From the NCBI RefSeq assembly GCF_032191835.1, contig NC_083235.1, forward strand, positions 15,748,001 to 15,812,000: DNA of 64,000 nt, given 5' to 3'. The position numbers were made by a program, and so were the translations under genes. The notes beneath the pieces were generated by a model. It was not told the DNA's origin. It worked only from the letters and a program-made list of their open reading frames with translations, and made no database searches. Below are positions 58,766 through 64,000 of this stretch, one piece after another. Origin of the DNA: Heteronotia binoei. Lineage: Eukaryota. How positions within the stretch are numbered: position 1 is the first letter of the stretch; the number at the start of each line of letters is the position of its first letter.

Positions 58766-59124
58766 AACTGTTCCAGTCCAGAAGGCTAATAAGGACAGCT
58801 GTCAGTGGTGAGAGACTCGTTTTTCTCAGAGTGCCGAAACTCCGCATTTCTTTTAGCACACTCATATACCACATACGTACATAAAATCATACCCTTTGGC
58901 TCTGGATTAATTCAAACCATATCGCTACCACCATTGCAATAACTGGACATATAACCATTGCCAAGACCACTGATTACATGTAGTTTTCCATTAGTCTATT
59001 TCATATATTCATCAAGATTTTGGAAAGGACAATGAGGTGCATTCCTCTGTTATTTCAATGTGATCATATGTGCATACTGAGGAATTTAATCTTTGTTGGT
59101 GATGTAGAAAGGTATGTTACAGTC

Positions 59125-59521
59125 TAGGGGTGGCCAAACTTGCTTAATGTAAGAGCTGCATAGAATAAAGATCAGATGTTCGAGAGCCACAAGACATGAA
59201 NNNNNNNNNNNNNNNNNNNNNNNNNNNNNNNNNNNNNNNNNNNNNNNNNNNNNNNNNNNNNNNNNNNNNNNNNNNNNNNNNNNNNNNNNNNNNNNNNNNN
59301 NNNNNNNNNNNNNNNNNNNNNNNNNNNNNNNNNNNNGGAGGTGGAAAAAAGCAACTTTAAATGCATTCTCCAAGCTACTGCCCATCTTGGCTTGGAGAAG
59401 TGATTTAAAGAGACAAATGCCTTCTCCAAGGCAGCTGATGGGGTGGTGAGGGCTTTGAGAGCCACACAATATTTGAGAAAGAGTCACATGTGGCTCCTTA
59501 GACATAGTTTGGCCACCCCTA
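59125..59521 (+). mobile_element. hAT-like MITE (taggggtggccaaac TIR) with an internal N gap
   Basis: 15-bp TIRs; same family as the halves at 33121 and 13155-13315. Confidence 0.75.
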
Positions 59522-60233
59522 GTATAACCCAATCTTGTCAAAGCTCAGAAGCTAAGAGGGGTCAGTTCTTGGCTGGGAGACCAGCAAGAAAGGTTTCTTG
59601 AGGAAGGCAGTGGAAAACCACGTCTGGCCCTCACTTGCCTTGAAATTACTTGTGACTTGACGTCACATACATTTGTATAATCTTTGTGAATGTACAAGCA
59701 CATTCAGTCTGTGTGCGAGAGTGAACTCAGTTAATTTAACCTATATAACACATTAGCATTTATTCTGCTATCAGGCCTTTTCCTAACCTTCTTGGCTACC
59801 TGTTGTTTTGGGGCTGAAGTTGTTTCGCTTCTCCTTCCTGTTTTGGTTTTCTTCCTTAAAGTCTCTCCTTCAGCCTGCTGAAGATGTCTGATTTCTCTCA
59901 GGGCTTCTTTGCATGGCCTATATGGGTGTGGTTTGTGGCAGCTGAGGTTTTGGCTTTCTGTAAGCCATTTTGAGCAACCACAGATGGTGGGAAAGGCTCA
60001 GTATGAATATTTTAATAAATAAATGGTCTTTATATATCCACCTGAGTTGTCATTTCTAATTACAAATATCTGCCTGGTCTGAAGAAACTAAGCTAATGGA
60101 AGCTAAGTAGGTCTAGCCCTGTAGGGTGTCTGGATAGGGGGACAACCTGAAAACTTCCAGGCAAACCGCTCTTGGATTCAGTAGCACTAAGTAATATATT
60201 TTATTTTTCTTTGACTTTAGGAGTTAAAAAAAA

Positions 60234-60529
60234 AGAGGTAAAGGTAGTCCCCTGTGCAAGCACCAGTCGCTTCCGACTCTGGGGTGATGTCGCATCAGGA
60301 CGTTTTTATGGCAGACTTTTTACAGGGTGGTTTGCCATTGCCTTCCCCAGTCATCTACACTCCCCCCCCCCAGCAAGCTGGGTCCTCATTTTACCGTCCT
60401 TGGAAGGATGGAAGGCTGAGTCAACCTTGAGCCGGCTACCTGAACCCAACTTCTGCCAAGATCGAACTCAGCTCATGAGCAGAGAGCTTGGACTGCAGTA
60501 CTGCAGCTTTACCACTCTGCACCACGGGG
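60234..60529 (-). mobile_element. Sauria SINE (Squam1-like)
   Basis: aaaggtaaaggtagtcccctgtgcaagcacc is the (ACCTTT)n tail on the minus strand; BovB-like body. Confidence 0.75.
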
Positions 60530-60566
60530 TTTAAGTAGTATTAAAAGACTGCAATGCAGAAGGGAG

Positions 60567-60757
60567 CAGTGCTCCCTCTAAGCTGAGTGTGAGCTAGCTC
60601 ACAGTTTTTTTAGCCTCCGGCTCACACATTTTTGCCTTAGCTCAGGAAAAATGTCCCCAGAGCAAACTAATGGATGCAGTAGCTCATGACTTTAATGCCA
60701 GTAACTCACCAAGTAGAATTTTTGCTCACAAGACTCCACAGCTTAGAGGGAGCATTG
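60567..60757 (+). mobile_element. hAT MITE with 8-bp TSD GAAGGGAG
   Basis: TSD at 60559-60566 and 60758-60765. Confidence 0.9.
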
Positions 60758-63530
60758 GAAGGGAGTAGGGTTGCCAACCTCTAGGTGGGACCTGGAAGAG
60801 TGCAATTCTGCCTTAGGATTGCACTGTCTGGAGCAGTGATGCTCTGTATTCTTGGTGCCTGGGGGGGGCCACAGTGGGAGGGCTTCTGGTGTCCTGGCCC
60901 CATTGATGGACCTCCTCATGGTCAAAATTACTAAGAATAATGTTTACTACAAGTTGAAGAATAAAGTGATAATGTACAATAATACTCTACGTGAAATGGT
61001 TTCAAAAGTTCAAGTTACATATCAGTCACAAAGGCTGGTTTCAGCTCAATATCTTCATACAAATTGACTTGGAGACTAAAACCCCATGGCTTAGGGTATA
61101 ACACACACAACACTTCAATGCAATCACCCTCTGAATCCCAGGGCCAGGAGGCAACATTGGGGAAGGTCTTGGCCTCTCTGCCCTGTTGTTGGCCCTCCGG
61201 AGGAACTGGCTGGCCACTGTGTGAGACAGGATGCTGGACTCGGTGGACCACTGGTCTGATCCAGCAGGGCTCTTCTGATGTTCCTATAAAGGCCTCAGCC
61301 TCTTTGCCCTGTTTTTGACCCTCTAGAGGAAGTGGTTGGCCACTGTGTAAGAGAGGATGCTAAACAAGATAAACTAGTGGTCTGATCCAACAGGGCTCTT
61401 CTGATGTTCTTATGTCTGGGTGAAACGGGTGTCCAACCAAACACTAACTGCAAGTTAAATTCTTTGTACTTCACCCTAATTGTTCAGGCTGAAGGTGGAT
61501 AACACAGTATTTAAAAATGCAGTCACACAGCATGAGACGTCCAAGAAGCAATGCAATGCAATAGGTCCGAGATCATGCACACACACAAAAAAAATTAGAG
61601 GAAATGCTAACAAGTATCAGATCTGATATGTCATAAATAATACAAAAATGCATTACAAAAGGAATGTGAAGACTGTCTCTGTAAAATAACAATAAAACCC
61701 TGTCTCTCCTCCAAGTCTTCCAGTCTTGTACAGAGAAATCCATTGAAGATCAGCAACGGGCACTCCTTCCCTCTTAGAAGAAGAAGAAGATATTGGATTT
61801 ATATCCCGCCCTCCACTCCGAAGAGTCTCAGAGCAGCTCACAATCTCCTTTACCTTCCTCCCCCACAACAAACACCCTGTGAGGTGGGTGGGGCTGGAGA
61901 GGGCTCTCCCAGCAGCTGCCCTTTCAAGGACAACTTCTGCCAGAGCTATGGCTGACCCAAGGCCATTCCAGCAGGTGAAAGTGGAGGAGTGGGGAATCAA
62001 ACCCGGTTCTCCCAGATAAGAGTCCACACACTTAACCACTACACCAAACTGGCTCTCCTCTTAGAGCTGTGGTGGAACCATTCCCATCTACGACACTGGA
62101 ACAACAATAGATGTCAAACAAAAAGGTAATTGGGATGGGGTTGTCAACTCTGTGGTGGGGATTTCCTGGAGATTGGGGGTGGAGCCTGGGGAGGGTGGGG
62201 TTTGGGAGGAATATGATGCTATAAAGTCCGCCCTCCAAAGCAGCCATTTTCCTCCAGGGAAATTGATCTCCATCCTCTAGAGATCTCCAGGCACTTTCTG
62301 AAGGCTGTCAAGCCTACATGGGGTCAAGCCAGTTTGGTGTGGTGGTTAAGTGTGCGGACTCTTATCTGGGAGAACCGGGTTTGATTTCCCCACTCCTCCA
62401 CTTGCACCTGCTGGAATCAGCCATAGCTCTCGCAGGAGTTGTCCTTGAAAGGGCAGCTGCTGTGAGAGCCCTCTCAGCCCCACTCACCTCACAGGGTGTC
62501 AGTTGTGGGGTAAGAAGATAAAGGAGATTGTAAGCTGCTCTGAGACTGATTCAGAGAGAAGGGCGGGGTATAAATCTGCAGTCTTCTTCTTCTTTGGCTG
62601 CTCAAAGAATTGCCAGGTATCTACCCACACATTTACTACACAATTTATATATCCCATTCTGTTGGCTGTGGATATCTGATATTTCATTGGTCATCAGTCC
62701 ATCAACTGGGTCCTGTTTCCAGAGACCAATGTGCCAGGTTGCAAGCTCATACAGGGACGCCATTATTTTTATAGCCTTCCACAGGAGTCGCTTTGTAGGA
62801 AAATAGGTGGTGGAGCTCATCATCCAGGGATTGTTATGCAGCTGCACCTACTATTCAATGGACAAGGTAGGTGGGGAGGAGGACGAGGAACTCTCAGAAA
62901 GACTCAGGAGCTGTGCTCCTGTGAGCTCCTGCTGAATCCGAGGCCTGGCCTTCCATACTGCTAGTGCACAAACTCAGAGACCGAGGGTGCCTCCCGCTTC
63001 TCTTTGCATCCGTGCAATCCACACCTTAATAGGTAAGTAAGCATTGCGTGTATTTCTGTTTTCCTCAACATTCCCATTTTTCTGGAAATACCCCCTGTTC
63101 CACAGCGGCTTCAAAATTTCCAGAAATTTCACCTCTCTAATCTTTGGTTGAGAAAACTGAATAGCCTCTGAAAAGGAAGTGGTTCTGTGCTGCAGGAATC
63201 ATAGGGGAATGGGCAACAATTCAGAGTTAACAATCTCCCTTTGGAACGCCTAATGGCATGAGCCACTGACGTGGGGGAATAAGCAGTGTGGTAGAAATAG
63301 AAACCATTTTCACAACGAAATAGAGCTATAGTCATGTGGGCATGAGTTCCTACCATGCTGCAACTCACTCAGCAAGCCAGAGGAGAAAGGAACTCTGTAA
63401 TCCGGAGACTGCAAGACCAGGCGAAACCATCATGCGCCATCACACATCAGCTTCCAATCTGAAGTGTTATTCACCAATTGGGCATCCTTTAAGATAGATT
63501 CAGGTGGGTAGCCGTGTTGGTCTGAAGCAG

Positions 63531-63790
63531 CAGAACAAAATTTGAGTCCAGTGGCACCTTAAAGAATAACAAAGTTTTATTCAAGGTGTAAGCTTTTGTG
63601 TGATAAAAAAAGTATATCTGAAGAAGTGTGCTTGTTCACAAAAGCTTATACCTCGCAGAAGACTTTGCTGGTCTTTAAGGTGACCCTGGACTTGAACTTT
63701 GTTCTGGACCTTCTTTATACGCCTCATATCTGAAGAAGTGTGCAGTGACACATAAAAGCTAATACCTTGTGACAAATTTTGTTAGTCTTT
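63531..63790. mobile_element. Penelope-derived fold-back with hammerhead-like CTGAAGAAGTGTGC..AAAGC motifs
   Basis: About 72-bp inverted arms (63531-63602, 63635-63706) and a further direct partial copy; related fragment at about 31520-31600. Confidence 0.65.
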
Positions 63791-64000
63791 AAAGTGCTAC
63801 TATACCCTTGCTCTTTTCTAATGCCTTAATACCTGTGCTCAGTGGTCATTTTGTAGAAAAATAGGTGGTGGAGCTCTTTCAGGGATTGTTATGCAGCTGC
63901 ACATACTATTCAATGGACAAGGAGGTGGAACTCTCAGAAGAAGGAGGTGGAACTCTCCGAAAGGTTCAGGAGCTGTGCTCCTGTGAGCTCCCACTGAATC

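Noticed and set aside
43885-62592. tRNA genes at A/B-box-like motifs
   Set aside because: All continue into SINE bodies and tails; no acceptor stem or cloverleaf could be supported.

Overview
Vertebrate genomic DNA, not microbial. The repeat content (Sauria/Squam-like SINEs, CR1, L2, BovB, Penelope) points to a squamate reptile, plausibly a gecko; that is an inference. The window is part of a class II (OR family 1-like) olfactory receptor cluster with four intact single-exon OR CDSs on the + strand (4146-5087, 29629-30570, 36644-37585, 57794-58765). The first three lie in tandem-duplicated units that share a 26/52-bp minisatellite, a putative promoter/non-coding exon, a SINE and a splice acceptor, so paralogues act as 'empty sites' for dating insertions. 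The cluster is heavily TE-invaded: two full-length L1s with TSDs (one with an intact 1252-aa ORF2), a 3'-truncated L1 with TSD, a CR1 hosting an L1, a chromodomain Gypsy, an LTR-bounded Ty1/Copia carrying a nested Penelope, an L2, many SINEs and MITEs, and five N gaps. Best leads: (1) the Copia PBS is a 32-nt complement to the 5' half of tRNA-iMet; (2) a tail-less, 5'-intact L1 with a 16-bp TSD; (3) loss of a splice donor in one OR paralogue with a possible replacement donor; (4) a duplicated orphan 5'-exon module; (5) an unusually acidic ECL2 in the OR triplet. No CRISPR or prokaryotic system is present. All counts were done by eye.
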